Origin: Marsupella aquatica
Taxonomy: Eukaryota > Plantae > Marchantiophyta
DNA: 64,000 bases
Direction of reading: 5' to 3'
Assembly (NCBI GenBank): GCA_973895155.1
Contig: OZ316891.1
Span: 26,467,972 to 26,531,971, forward strand
Notes under the pieces: generated by a model
What the model saw: the letters and a program-made list of their open reading frames with translations, nothing else
Told to the model about the DNA's origin: nothing
The model's database searches: none
Shown here: piece by piece, positions 48,598 to 62,200 of the stretch
Layout of the letters: each line of letters starts with the position of its first letter
Numbering within the stretch: position 1 is the first letter of the stretch
Program-made: the position numbers and the translations under genes

Positions 48598-51500
48598 TCA
48601 AAATCTGTCGGTTCTGGTTGGTTTCTGAGCCGAAGTCAAAGCCTTGCGCTCCTCCAGGAAGCCATATTTCCAAGGAAATTTCTGTTTCAAGAATCGATTT
48701 ACGTCAAATTCGCCATCAACTGGAGATAACTCTGACGATGGACTTTTCCCGTCAACATCCAAATCCTTCACTCCATCGCTCGCACTCTGTGATATATCTG
48801 TCTCATCACTAAAGTTTGGTCCTGATGTGGAGGAAGAGGTCCGCCGCTGACCACCTTTGAAGAATCCTTTTATACGATCAATCGCTGGAGCAAGTAAGTC
48901 GGACAAATCAAGATCCCATGGGCCCTCCACCACCTCAGTCCGCTGTCAGACAACCCAAAGTTAGTCTATGCAAATCCTTGGCTACAGGAAACTCAACGCC
49001 ATCCCATAAACATCTAGCTCAATTTATTTACAAAAATTACATATTTAGCTCAATCCTCTTCACACTCGTCAGATCAGCTCTGAGGACAAATGCATGGAGA
49101 AGGATCATCCAAGCTCATATAGAGTAACCGTGACATGGGCCTTGTAAGAACCTGTTGCAGGAATTGATTTCGGATCTCTTCTGCTCTTACAGATCGCCCT
49201 TCTCGATCTTCCATCGCAGCCCATGACATCCAAGTTGGAACGTTCTGAGAATCTATTTTCAATGCACACTTGAAGAGCTCTCGGGCCAGCCCAGTATCTC
49301 CCTCTCTCTCTTCCAGAACTCCCCATGCCTGCGGACATATGAGAGTGTAAGCATTTATGCTAGGCGTAAGCAAAGACTATTTTGCATTTTTTACAGTTGT
49401 CTAAACTGCTCAACGACAAGAGATGAAAGAAAACAACGAACCTGGAAGGCACGAGCAGCATCCATACTCCGAGAATCCACCTGAATAGCTCCTTGATACA
49501 ACTCTCGTGCCACACTGAGATTGCCCTCCTTCCATTCCATCCAACCCCATGCCTGCAATACAACAGATTAAGAAGCTGCAAAACACTTTTTCTTTCAGTG
49601 AAACAAGAACTTTCACTGTGACAAACTCTAATTCTTACGGAACAGTTTAAAACGAAACAACAGTAAGTCGATCCTCTTTGCAACATCATAAAGGGCATCA
49701 CATTGCTGTGCGAGAGGGGCGGGCAATAATACATTCAAATTCTTCAAGCAACTATTACTTGGACCTCCAAGACATTTGCCAGTGACACCACTAAAGAATA
49801 GTTAAACGAAAGTTAACCATCCATGGTCCTCAATGGCTGAAAATGATGATAGAAGGTTATTGTTGCAGTATGGTTCTGTACTTACAATATAAACAGGTTG
49901 GTGCCTTGAGTCACATGTAAGGGCACGCCTGAAGAGGTCTCTGGCAATTCCAGGTCGTCCATAAGTATACTCAAAGAGAGCAAAAGCTTGCAAAAGTACC
50001 ACGTCCTTGGGATTGAGCTCACGGCCTCGCTGGAAGAGTTCCCTGGCACGCTCCTCCTTTCCCTGCCTAGCCTCAAATCGGGCCCAAGCCTGCCATACAT
50101 ATCGATTCTTGGGACTGGCTTCGACCCCTTTCTGATCCATCCACAAGATCACCAATGGTTAGGACAGACCAGATATTTTTATCTCTTAAACTCTTTCAAT
50201 ATGGAGAATACTGTTCCAATGCTGCTCAATTGAAATGGACATGACCACGAAGTTAAGAGGTTGGCACCTGGAACAGGCGGCGAGCAGTGGCAGTGAAATT
50301 ATTCTCCGCCTCCAGCAATGCCCACGCCTGTCATTAAATAGATAGCACCTTAGAAAGAATGAATAGATGAGAAGTTCTGCTTGTACTGAAATACCACTCC
50401 AATTTTCGTGAAAAGCACCACAATTATTGAATCATCGAAAAGCACCACAATTATTGAATCATCGTTGAGCCCTTACCAGCCAACTGGCTGCGCTCTTGGG
50501 ATTATACTGGGTGGCCCTAAAGAGCAATGACCGAGCTTGCTCAACCTTCCCGTCTCTGGATTCGAGTAACGCCAGTGTCTGGTAAATGTACTCATTTGGC
50601 CCGCAAAACTTAAGCCCTTTGTTGAGTAAGGATCTGGCTTTTTTCACGTTTCCTGCACGGAGTTCCAAGTTTGCCCATCCGTGCCAAGCTGATACATGTT
50701 TCTTATCCGCTACCGTCGCAGCATCAAATAATTTTCTTGCTTTCGAAATATCTCCACACTTGTCTTCTAATATAGCCCACGCCTGGTAAGAGAGGCATAA
50801 TTTATCCAATATTGAGATAGAGAACTACAAAGCAACGGGAGAATCCCAGTAACGTTAGACTTCTGACTATTCACCGTCACTTCTTAGAGAACGAATGCGT
50901 TCACCTTACGAAGGTTTCAGAGGCCCTCAAATAACGTGCAAGAACAGAGATAAAATTTTATATGAAAACGGAACAAAAGCAAAAAAACACTTTGCGAGAA
51001 GCAAGCTGTGCCATGGTACCATTGGTGAGACACCATCGGCTGGCAAATCCCAAGCAGACTCAAGATCACCTTACTTGCTGCAATTGAATATGTTTCTAAT
51101 TCTTGCGGTGGGTATTCACTCTTACTCTCAGGATATCGGTTTTTGCTGTTTCAATCTGGGCATCGGCCAGTAATGATCAAAAGACAAGAAACCGACCTGC
51201 CAAATGTAAGGATTTTCCCCTCGCGCAGCTTGACAGCCGCTGTCATACACAGTCCTGGCTTCCTCGATTCTGTTTTGTTGTAAGAGAAGCTTCCCTAAAG
51301 CCACATACGACCGCCCGTCATCGGGCCAGTCCCTGATGCACTGCATACATCAGACCCTTAACCAATCAGCTTGCACTGCACTGAACTGACGTTGATGTCC
51401 CCAGGAACCAGACTTAACTAGAACAAAAAGAAAAGCAAGTCATAGTGGTCAATTCTCAGCGATTGTCAAAACTTGTATGCTTACTTTTCGTAAAATTGTC

Positions 51501-53204
51501 TCCGACACATCCAATCTTCCCTTTTGCTTCAAACATCTAGCGTTGTATACTTGAAGATCCAGATTAATTTTGAGTCGCTCGCCACCTTCTGAAACAGCAG
51601 GGCTCCTAGGGACTACTTCTATATCAACACTGTCTTTTTCAACACTATCGTCGTATGTGAGGTAATCCCCAGGAAAGAGCCCACTCTTATCAGACATTGA
51701 CGCATTCCTTGGATTGAGCTCACCCGCCATGTTACTGTCCACTTTATTGACCTGATCGTTCTTTAGAGGCAAAGCAAGCAATCCCAAAGCCAAGTATGCC
51801 CGTCCATCATCTTGCCAGTCTCGGATGCACTACACACAAGACAAGACGAACCCATCAGCTCCCAGCTGTTAAGCCCATATTGCCTCCAAGCGAAGGTGTG
51901 ATCGACATTACACCGATGCCCAGGGATCTTAGGACTCCGTAGTTTGCCTTTTATCTACCTGATTTAAAATCCCTTTGAATAGCAAAGCACAAATTCTAAC
52001 TTTGGGCCAAGACAAAGGAAATGCCAAATCAATTGCAAACCCGAAGTGTCGGACCCAGAAAATTGCCAAGAACGGATCAGTTTGTGAGGGTTCAGATTAA
52101 CGGAAGAGGAGAGAATTCATGCAATTGACTAGTGCTACCTTCCCTTACTGCACTGGGTAATACCTCTTTCAAAATTGCCTCGGCCTCATTTAATCGTCCC
52201 TCCTCTCTCAACCTGCTGGCTCGGTAAAGATCTAGGTCGAGGTTGATCTTAAGTCGTCCTTCTCTTCTAATCTCACTGGGGCCAGCAAACTGTGCAGTGT
52301 CTGAATTTTCCGAAGAGAACCCTTCCACTCTAATCGTCCTGCCAATTGCATTAAGCTCACGTCCGAAGTACCGATCAATTGCGCTGCTCCGGTCAGTGGT
52401 TCGAGGAGAGGCAAGCGACTTAAAGAGGTCTTCTAGACTGGCGTCTCGAGTTATTGGAACCAATTTCTTTTCTTCCCGGGGAGGAGGTAATGATCCTAGA
52501 TTGTTGTCGGCACTTCTGAATCTTTGCCTCCTGGAGTTTGATTTACGCCATGGCCGTCTTAAAGGATAGGCTTTCGATTTCCCCAGTTGTGAAGTACCGT
52601 CCCCTGATGCCGCAAGTCCTCTCCATCCTTGCTCTCTTCTCCCCTCTGTCTGCCCATCTCCATTGTCCTCTTCAATTGGTTGTTCAAGAAGGGTGCCCTC
52701 CCTGCCAATCCCTGGTGAGGGTTCCTCAAATCTGGGTTTCTCAAATCCTGCTGATTCCAGTTCCATCTCACCACCACCTAATGAATAATTCTGAGATTTG
52801 ATGTCTTGTTCTGCGTCTCCTTGACTACTGCGGTAACGCCACTCTATGACTTCCATCAAACTTTCCTTCAGTGGTACCGAACCACCGGCCACCAATGACT
52901 CACCTAGGCTTGACCCTTCGCTTGCAAAGTTGCATTGTCTCACGCCCCCACTTTGCTCATGATAAGTGGGCTTTCTCCAAAATGCGGAGATCCTCTGGCC
53001 ACGGAAAGGGGGAAGAGAAGTGCCTGATGCCGGACAGTAGTGCGCCGCAGAAGCTGAGTGTCTCTGCTCCTGTGATGTGGAGTTCCTGAACGACGTCCTC
53101 TCTCCAACGAAATGCAGGGCAGATGCACATGGCGAGACTGTCACCAACAAGTTTCGTGGCCTGTGAGAGGTCGTTCCCCCTGTTGCTCCCCATCCCGTTT
53201 CCAT
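48598..53204 (-). CDS. HCF107: HCF107/Mbb1-like chloroplast HAT (RNA-TPR) repeat protein, 9 exons, ~924 aa
   Basis: Exons 53204-52164, 51829-51485, 51340-51197, 50782-50477, 50327-50268, 50131-49886, 49552-49442, 49328-49152 and 48942-48598, all GT-AG phase 0. Motifs: KINLDL, DWPDDGR, GENPYIWQ, FDAATVADKKH, LKFCGPNEYIYQTLA, AWGWMEWKEGN, RAEEIRN..QQRTEVV. Confidence 0.92.
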
Positions 53205-55159
53205 CCTACTTAGAGCAAAAGGAATTCAATTTCCAGTCCTGTAGGCCTGGTGGCAAAGTATACGGAGCACATTTGCTATCTCCAATTTCATACAGAACAC
53301 GCACCTTACGCATATCCGTCCTAACAATTTTTCCCTAAACTCGCGATGCAAAATAGAATACCCACTGCTTCTTACTCATCTGTTCATGGCAGCAACAAGC
53401 TCAATAAGATCCTTGTCTCGATCTCTTTCGATTGAGGCTGCCTAGCTTCACATAAATACAAAGCACAGCTGAGCTAAAGTTCCCATCCGTCCTAGAGAAA
53501 CGGAACCTACGACAATATGGCACCTAATTTTTCAAGTTTATTCTCCACGATCATAGTTACACTCGGGGCCAGATCCGACTGGAAAAGACTTTCAAGAGTA
53601 CTACAGTTCTGAAGGTTTCCGAACTCCAAATTTCTGAGATGAGAACAGAGAACACCCTGCCTCCGAACTGCCACACAAACGGAATGAATTCGGCTTTCAA
53701 TGCTTACCTGAATGCTAGCTTCCTTATCATCAATTTGTGAGTTGATCACACCGAGCGCTCACACCTCCGAACCACCGCAACCGGAATTCAGTTGAGGATG
53801 CTTTCATGGTCAGCCACTTAGTACAAGAAGGATTGCCAATGAAGGTGAATTCAATGTTCTGACCACCAAACGAAACTCAATCTGAGAGAAACAGCATGTC
53901 AACTTCAGAGACGGGTTCACACAATCGACAATTATTCAGCGACATTAAAAGTCCAACTTAAGCAGAGGGAAAGCAACGGAAACAAACTCGCAGGACGTCC
54001 AAAAAGAAAAAGAAAAAAACACTTCAATTCTCTGCTCAAGGTACTCTCTCTGCTCAAGGTACTCGGCCGTCTTACCATCACAATCGCAGCACACCAATTC
54101 GCGGAGCATCGAGCTCCGTCACATTGAAACATAGAGCGAGCTCTTCCAATTTGGTGCTGCGTTGCGCAAGGCAGATTCTGCTTACAACAGCAACAGTACC
54201 GGACCGGCGTTAGTCGGGAGAAGTCCTGGAGGAACCCGGAAAGCCGGTACAATCTTGGAAATGGACGGTCGAGATCGTAGTTAGCCTACGTGGCTTCAGA
54301 TTGCTGTCTTGGCTACCCGCTAGCGTCGGTTGGACCAATGTGAAGGAAGGAAGGTCGAATAGGTCGCTGAACGGAAAAAGCAACAAGAGGCAAGTCTGTC
54401 ATTTTGTTAGGGTTTTGATTTGAGGCTCTTGCACTTGATAAGCAATGCTTTCTTTGTATAGATGATTACTTTTGTGTATAGTTTCTTTTTTCCTTCAAAA
54501 AATCAATTGAAATTCATTCCAAACGCTAAATGCCAGCAAACAACATGGGTGGCCCACAAAAGGGGGTTGGCACCCCGGGTGGACTGGAGGTTGTGGGCCC
54601 AAAAGCCGGAGAGGCGGAACCGGGAGAGAAGCAAGACCTTTTGTGTATGTTTGATTGACAATGTGTGTTCCAAAGATCAATTGCATAGGGGTTGGATCAA
54701 GGGTTTGAATCTGCTTGGGAGGATGTTTGACTCAACTTGATTGGGGTTGGCAATGGCACTAGCTCCTCCAATGGGCCAGTAGGGCAAGTTGCAAACAACC
54801 CAATTGGGAGGATTGACGACTCAAATTGCTTGTTCAGTATGTGGGTGTTCTGACTTACACCAATAAAGTAAATTTCATTAATTTTATTTTCATTGTGTTA
54901 ATATGAAATATTTGGGTTTGTGCTTTCTGTTCACCTCTCCTCCTCCTCTACTTGTGCAAAACTACAAATTACAACCCTGAATGTCCATTCTTCGAATGTT
55001 AATTAAGATGATGACAAAAATCATCATTTTGCCTTACATAATATTTCTTTCCTTCCACATAAATTTTGGTGAAGCACTAGAGTCAGTGTCTCTGGGCTTC
55101 ACTCTAAAAGCCCAGACCCCATCTCTAGCTTCTCCCATTAGTTATATAAAATTTAGTAC

Positions 55160-55790
55160 TTATAATCATCATGTAATGGGCCCTAAACTCCCATGGACCA
55201 CCAAATCCATGGGAGCACTATGTCCAACAAGGTGGTCCATTGTGGCCCCACACTTCCATAATCAACAACTTATGGGCTCTAAACTCCCATGGCCCACCAA
55301 AATCCATGGGAGCAATATACGCAACAACATGGTGGTCCATTGTGGCCCCCCAAACTTCCATAATCAACAAGTTATGGGCCTAAACTTCCATAGAGCACCA
55401 AAATCTGTGGGAGGAGCACTATGTCCAACAGGGTGGTCCATTGTGGCCCCAAACTTCCATAATCAACAAGTTATGGGCCCTAAACTCCCATGGACCACCA
55501 AAATCCATGGGAGCACAGTCTATGTCCAACAAGGTGGTCCATTGTGGCTCCAAACTCCCATAATCAACAAGTTTATGGGTCCTAAACTCCTACGGACCAC
55601 CAAATCCATGGGAGCACTCCGTCCAACACCGTGGTCCATTCTGGCCCCAAACTCCCATAATCAACAAGTTATGGGCCCTAAACTCCCATGGACCACCAAA
55701 ATCCATGGGAGCACTAGATTCAACATGGTGGTCTATTATGGACCCAAACTCCCATGGACCACTGTGTCCAGCATGGTGGTCCATCCTGGC
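55160..55790. repeat. ~95-100-bp tandem repeat (~6 units) with internal hairpin, between divergent genes
   Basis: aatcaacaagttatgggccctaaactcccatggaccaccaaaatccatgggagcactatgtccaaca...ggtggtccattgtggcccc recurs. Confidence 0.9.
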
Positions 55791-56266
55791 TTCACGTTCT
55801 TTGTGTCCATCTTGGATTCCACTTCCTCGAGTAGAGCAGAAGAGACAAAATTTTGCATTCGTGACGAGCTTGAGAGAAGATTCATCGATCCGCTGACGCA
55901 CGCACGAATTTGGAAGAGCGAGGCGGTCTGACGATCTCTCTCGAGCCTCGAGCGATAATTTCGGAGTGATCAAGACTACTCAGTACGAGCTCAATCTTGC
56001 TGCAAGAGCATTGCTCTCCTCGGACGTCAGGAACGAGAGGAAAGGAAGGCCGATTTTTTTCGCACTGCCCCTCGTCTGATAATTCTTCATCAGACAATTC
56101 TGCAGCTTCCGCAATCCTGTAGAAGGAAGGGAGGCAGGGTTACCGAGGTCGGTCTGATTGAAGACCTGAGACGAAGTGGGTGGAGGATAGGGTTGCAGGA
56201 GGAAGAGGATCGACGAGAGTTTGAGAAGTGAAAGAGTGGAGTAGCGAGAGGAGTGATTGTTGCAAA

Positions 56267-57366
56267 ATGGACGCAGGAGGTGGGAGTGCTGGTGCTGTGG
56301 GAGGAGGAGGAGGAGGAGGAGGAGGAGGAGGAGGAGGAGAAAGTGGCGGAGGCATGTCGAGTGCTAAAACGCCAGCAGATTTTCTCAAGTCCATAAGAGG
56401 GCGGCCGGTAGTTGTGAAGCTGAATTCGGGTGTCGATTACCGAGGTGAGAGACTCATCTCGGAAGCGGAATGCTTCACCCTAATCTTGGTTGAATTGGAT
56501 CCCTTCTTCGAGTTCACTCTTGCCCTTCACGAGCATCGTCCCTGAGTTGGTATTCCTTCGTTATGAGTACTGTACCTTGCCCATCTTTGTCTGCTGTGTG
56601 GTTGGTGAGTCGGAAGAGTAACCTTCAAATGAACATATGTTCAGTCTCTTTCAGCGGAAGAGCTGGAAATCTTTTGTACCCTCCGACGACGAAAAAAGGA
56701 ACCTTGCGGAATGAGGCTTGCAGTGGAAGAGTGATTCACTCGAGTGTGCTATGGGTTGTTGACTTTTACGACAACTGTCTTACAATCATCTTGACTCCCT
56801 TAGTTTTTGTCACCCACCGCCACCTTTTTCATAGGTTAGCTGGAGGGTGTTTAGGGTTTGTTTTCTTTCACGAGTTTTACTACGCAATCTTCGCGAAATT
56901 TTCGTGTTTCGAACTCATCACCGTTCTTGTCACAGGCATCCTGGCTTGCCTCGATGGCTACATGAACATTGCTATGGAACAAACCGAGGAGTATGTCAAC
57001 GGTCAGCTGAAAAATAAATACGGTGATGCCTTCATACGAGGGAATAACGGTTAGCATTCTACACCACTTTTATGCATGCATCGTCATTAGGCAACTTCAA
57101 TGATATGGCAAAAGAAGAGATCTTTGGTTGCGTGCTCGAATGGGAGAGCTGAGCACATGTTTTGCATATTAAAACTTAAAGTTGGTTAATAAACTGGATT
57201 ACGTGAGCGGGAAAGACATTCACAGGTTGCTTGTCCCTGGGAGTGTAAATGGCAGTAGGGTTTCGGCTTGGGCAATTCCGCCTTATTTTTTGCCTCACCT
57301 CCGTGAAAATCGTCTCTTGCAGTGCTGTACATCAGTACCACTAAGAGAACTCTTACAGAGCAATGA
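56267..57366 (+). CDS. LSM6: Sm-like protein LSM6, 3 exons, 111 aa with N-terminal poly-Gly
   Basis: Exons 56267-56444, 56936-57049 and 57323-57366 (GT-AG). KTPADFLKSIRGRPVVVKLNSGVDYRGILACLDGYMNIAMEQTEEYVNGQLKNKYGDAFIRGNNVLYIST. Confidence 0.96.
56300..56338 (+). repeat. (GGA)13 microsatellite encoding poly-glycine
   Basis: Perfect GGA run in LSM6 exon 1. Confidence 0.95.
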
Positions 57367-59240
57367 CCGTTCCGAACGTTCAACGTTCATCGCATCAAAT
57401 ATGGGAGAAGAACTCGAAAGGAGCTAAAGAGTTTGTAGAAGTAGCTCCAAGGGCAACCACTATATAACTATCTGTCAGAAAATGACGGTTCTCTACTCAG
57501 TAGGTTGGTGACATTACATCACTTTGCTTTTCGTCGGAGAGTATTTTTGACCTGATTCCGCTTGCAATTTTCAGTCACCAGTCCGTTCGACCCACCCGTA
57601 GCAGAGAAGAGATTAGAGAAAGGTTTTGTGATAACACAGGAAAAATATATAGAATATGAAAAGCTTCAGTTCCTAGCCTGTCTCGTCTCTCTTTTTTGAG
57701 GACATGTCAGGTCCACTTCATGCCGGTATTTGGAATTCCTTTTTATTGAATTCTTCAGGTATTCTATACGATCGTCACTTTGGTTTTGTTGTTATTGTCG
57801 CTTGTGAAATGGATTGCATCCTTATTACAGCGACAAGTGATGAAAATTGGAGAGATAAAATTGGATAGAATTAAAAACCTTTCATGCAAATACAAGGATG
57901 TATACACCGAAATACATCAAACAGCGAAATTCTCTGAAACGAATCTGTTTTCAGTCGAGGAAAATGCCTTCGAGCACACCTTGAATAGGGTCCAATAACC
58001 GTATAGGTCTCAGGCTACCCTAAAGGAGAAAGCTGCAAGCCATCAAAGTTGTGGTGCTCTCTAATGTTGTCTGCCCACAACATAGTCGCACTGTGTCGTG
58101 CAGTTTTCAAACCAGGAGCAGGAGTTGAAGTCTTGAGCTCTATGTCGGGCACGGCCGTTCGTTCTGTGAATGTTTGCACACACCATCAAGGTTCGAACGG
58201 AACAGGACAGGATAAACTTCTGGGCCTTTGGTTTCGTACCTATAATGTTTTCATACTTTTTGAAGATTGTCAAGTGTAGTTATTTGTGTTTAAGCAATCA
58301 AGCTACTGTTTGGATGACTTTCTTGAGTAATGCAAGAGAAGTATGCTTCCAAGTTCGAACTTTCGGTGTTGAACGCAGTCCGAGGTCCGTGATGATGCCG
58401 AACACGGCAATTTAGCTCGTCTGCCCTTGCCATGAGGAGTGCGCAGCAAATTCATTGTGCATGGGTTTTAACCACGCCTTCCCATATATCAGTCTGAAAA
58501 GTTGACTTGCAGATGGTGGAAAAACAAGGGGAGGGTGGAAATGCTGATCAGGACTTCCACTTAGCTTTCCGCATAGCCTGCACTGCTATGTTGAGCAGCG
58601 AGTTCTCTGGACAAGTTTAGAAGAGATGCAATCTGGGCTGGTGAAATGCTGAGGTTTGCCTAGAAGCTTGCAAAATTTCTCAGGACGTAACGCTTCAGAT
58701 GACGCGAGAATTGGTGGAGAAATTTGAGAGGGCTGTGTGCTAGTTTTTGGCATAAGTGATGTGCGACAACTGTGATGAAAACTAAAACGTGCTAATGCCA
58801 GTCACTTACAATGCAAATTGTAAGAAACTTAATACCCTTAAACATCCTTCATATCTTCTAGTTGACAATGCAGAAACACAGATATAAGTGACAGTGATCT
58901 TCGGAAAGCAATTATCATTAGTTTTTGAATAGATTCCCCGTCAATACTAATGGCCAAAGGGATTCCATTGTTATTAGAGGGGTGGGGCTTGCTTCTGGTA
59001 GCTCTCTCTTGCATTTTAACCAATAATGATGTTTCATTTAAGAGAATCTTGCAAGTAAGCATGTCTTTCCTTCAATCTTGGGTCATTGAGCTCCATAAGT
59101 TTTGAATCCGGTGGGTCGATCTGAAAAATTAACTCTCTGGGCCTCTTCGGTCCAAGTCCGGTACTCGCGAGGTTGTGAAAGGACTGAATTTCACTTCGAC
59201 CCGATTTGATTCATCACATTATTGCATCTTGAAGAATCGT

Positions 59241-62200
59241 TTAATATGTTCTTCTCCTGGCTAGAAATGGAGAACTGCTCTGGCTTGGTGACATTTCATA
59301 CTCCAAGGAAAGGTCGGGACTGTTGCAGAAGCTCCGTCGAGCTTTCGGTGTGGTTTGATCTCTGTACATGCCCACGACCTTTGCCAGAAACGCTGCAGTG
59401 ACAAGAAAGCATTCGTAAGGGAGCTCGCAAACTTTTTAAGGTTTGAAATAACGGATTTGACGTGATGAACATTCGAGTTCTTGACAGGAAGGGACACTTT
59501 GTAACAGGAGACTCAGTATTCAGAAGTCCTGGTTAGATCTGAGGAAAAGAAATAACAGAGAATGCTATGTGACTTAATTGTACGTGAAACCTTGATACTT
59601 TTCCTTGCTCATTCACAAAGATGTAAGCTCTCGTCCAGAAATATGAGGATGGATACAATGCAATCAAACAAAAATACTAGTGTCCACGATCATAAATGAT
59701 ATTATCTAAACCAAACATCATTGTAAGGAACGCACCTTCCAGCTGAAATATTGGTTGAGGCACTGTGCGCAGTCGTGTCTCCTGCGGTCATTGTTTAAAG
59801 AATTTCAGCTACAGAACGAGGTTCCATGCTAGCACATTCTAGGTTGGCCACTGAGGTAAAAACTCTTCAAGCCAAGTTAAAGCAAAACTCATTTTTGTGC
59901 ATACCTTTCTTAGAACAATAAATGAGTTGCAATCCTACATTTGTTATGAGAACCAGGGCGTATGCCTTTAGAAATGGACAGCTTGAGGCTGGCAAGAATC
60001 TAGTTCATCAGACTAAAGGCTGGACAGTTGGAGATCAAATCCTGTACAGTCCAGAGTATGGAGACATCAGGAAAATTCAGGATCTTACATAGAAGCCAGC
60101 CCACTGACATATCTGCTGCTTACTCTGCTGCGAATCGGTTCGTAGCAGCAATTCCTCTAACAGCTTCTGTAATCCAGTTGGAGATTTATCAGAAAAGACG
60201 AGCTACGTTGTCAACCTGGCTTCCCACTGAATAGCTCAACAACCAAATACGATACAACCACTCGCAAACCCCCAAATTGGCGCTATTCACATGTATGACA
60301 TTCTCCATGAATTGTCACCATCCAGTAACAACGTTTGAAAGAATATTTCAACACTGCACCACGTTCTGTTTAGTTGTGTGAACAGATTTCACCTGAACGA
60401 TGATACAGGGGGGCATGGTTAGGCTGAAGAGTCACCTGAAGGATCAGAATAGATGACACGCGATCAGCCAGTACTGCCTGCATCTTGGTACGCACGAGGA
60501 ACAACCTGCAACAACATTCCAGGTCAGCTTTGTTTCAGAATTTGCCCTAAGCAGGAGTGTTCGGATTCCTGCATGAGGTAAGTCAGGAAAGGCAAGGAAT
60601 CCGCAGAGCCTTAGTAACACCTGCAAATCTTCTGGCCAAGTGTGATAACATGTCGTAAAGTGAAGCCCCAATTGGATTTTTGGTGCTGACTTATATTGGA
60701 ATGTGTGCACACTTTATATCACTCGATAACATCCCCTCGCAGGTGCAATGTATTGGATCGAAATACTTGATCAGATTTCCCCATGGAAACTTAATAACTA
60801 CAGTTATGGTCTGTCTATTGAAAAAGAAGAATTTCCTTTGTGACCTGTGATGTTGCCTAGAGTTGCAGGAGATGAACTCACCTTTTATGAGTTGGATCGG
60901 CAATAATGCCAGCAACAATCTCCATGACATCCTCCTCCCAGTGACTCATGTGGACTCGTTGGTCCACCGAAAAAGGGTACCTACGTAATGTTGAATACGA
61001 TAGGTCCGTCAACATGTTGCCAGATAGTAGGAACTTACAGTTACGCTGTCCATCTGTTCTTGCAACGAAATACCTCCTAAACTGTCGTCTATATTAACCT
61101 GGCTATTACGTATGGTAAGTGCGTACTCAGATTGATTGCAAAGGCATTCATGGAAAAATGAAACGCACTGGTAATTTTTGCACGCTTCAAGTTGAACAAT
61201 TGCTTTGCGAAGGTTGTCCTTGCAGTGCTCTGCAATCCTAGCAGCAAATGGCTTCGGCAGACTTACATCTTCCTTCTTGGCAACTTGCATCAGAACTCTC
61301 ACAATCTGGTCATATTGTTGAAAAAGGTCATTTCCCGTAATTCGCAAACGAAAATAAAGGCATCTAATTCACTCATACAGACGGACAGGTTTCAAAGAGT
61401 GAAGGTCTCTGGATTGAAGTCAACCTCTTCTTGACTTGGCACTTCCGCGTTGATTATTTGACAGCGAGATCTTATGCCTTCACTGAGTACAGGTTTTGCT
61501 TCATCTTTCAGGTTGCAGCATAGAACCAGCTTACAGGTGTCCCCATATCTATCCATGAGTCGACGCAAACTCTGCTGAGCTTCCCCCGACAACTTTTCTC
61601 CGTGAAGTATCACTATCACTACAAACCAATTGATAGGAACAATCTTTGAGCCGCGATGTGATTTAACACGAGAATATACGTCCCAAGACAACCCAGTTTA
61701 GTTCACATAATACAAGTTACGGTTTCGATGCATTTACTTTGAAGCCATCTTAAACAAAACCACTCGATTATAAACTGTTTTGAGCACTTACATTTGAACG
61801 TTTCAACATCTGACTGAGCTACAAAAGGACTTTGCGTAGCCCTTTCGGAGCTGAGATAGATTTCCTTGAAGATAATTGGCAGCACATCCTTGTCATATTC
61901 ACCAATAGGAAGAAGATTAACCTCCACATGGTATCTGCTTGTAGCAATAGGTACCGTGATTGTCTGGTGTGGTGCTCCCTGCAAGTTCAAGCTTGGTTCG
62001 ATCATCAGTATCCTTATGAAAGATGGAGCCAAGAAACTACAAAGAACATTAGTAGGTTTTGAAGTATGCAGCCTTGTGGTGCTCCTTACATTTTCTTATA
62101 AATAGATTTCCAAATGATTCTAAGCTGCCAAAAGCGACGTTTGTGCATTTCCCGAATCTAATGTTTATTTCCTACCAAGTCTACTTGACAACCATGTTGT

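Noticed and set aside
54981-55931. 316-aa ORF as a real protein
   Set aside because: It runs through the tandem repeat, switching between repeat frames at indels, and has no domain.
57400-59200. Short ORFs between LSM6 and the RFC-like gene
   Set aside because: No motifs or consistent splice structure; consistent with convergent 3' UTR/intergenic DNA.
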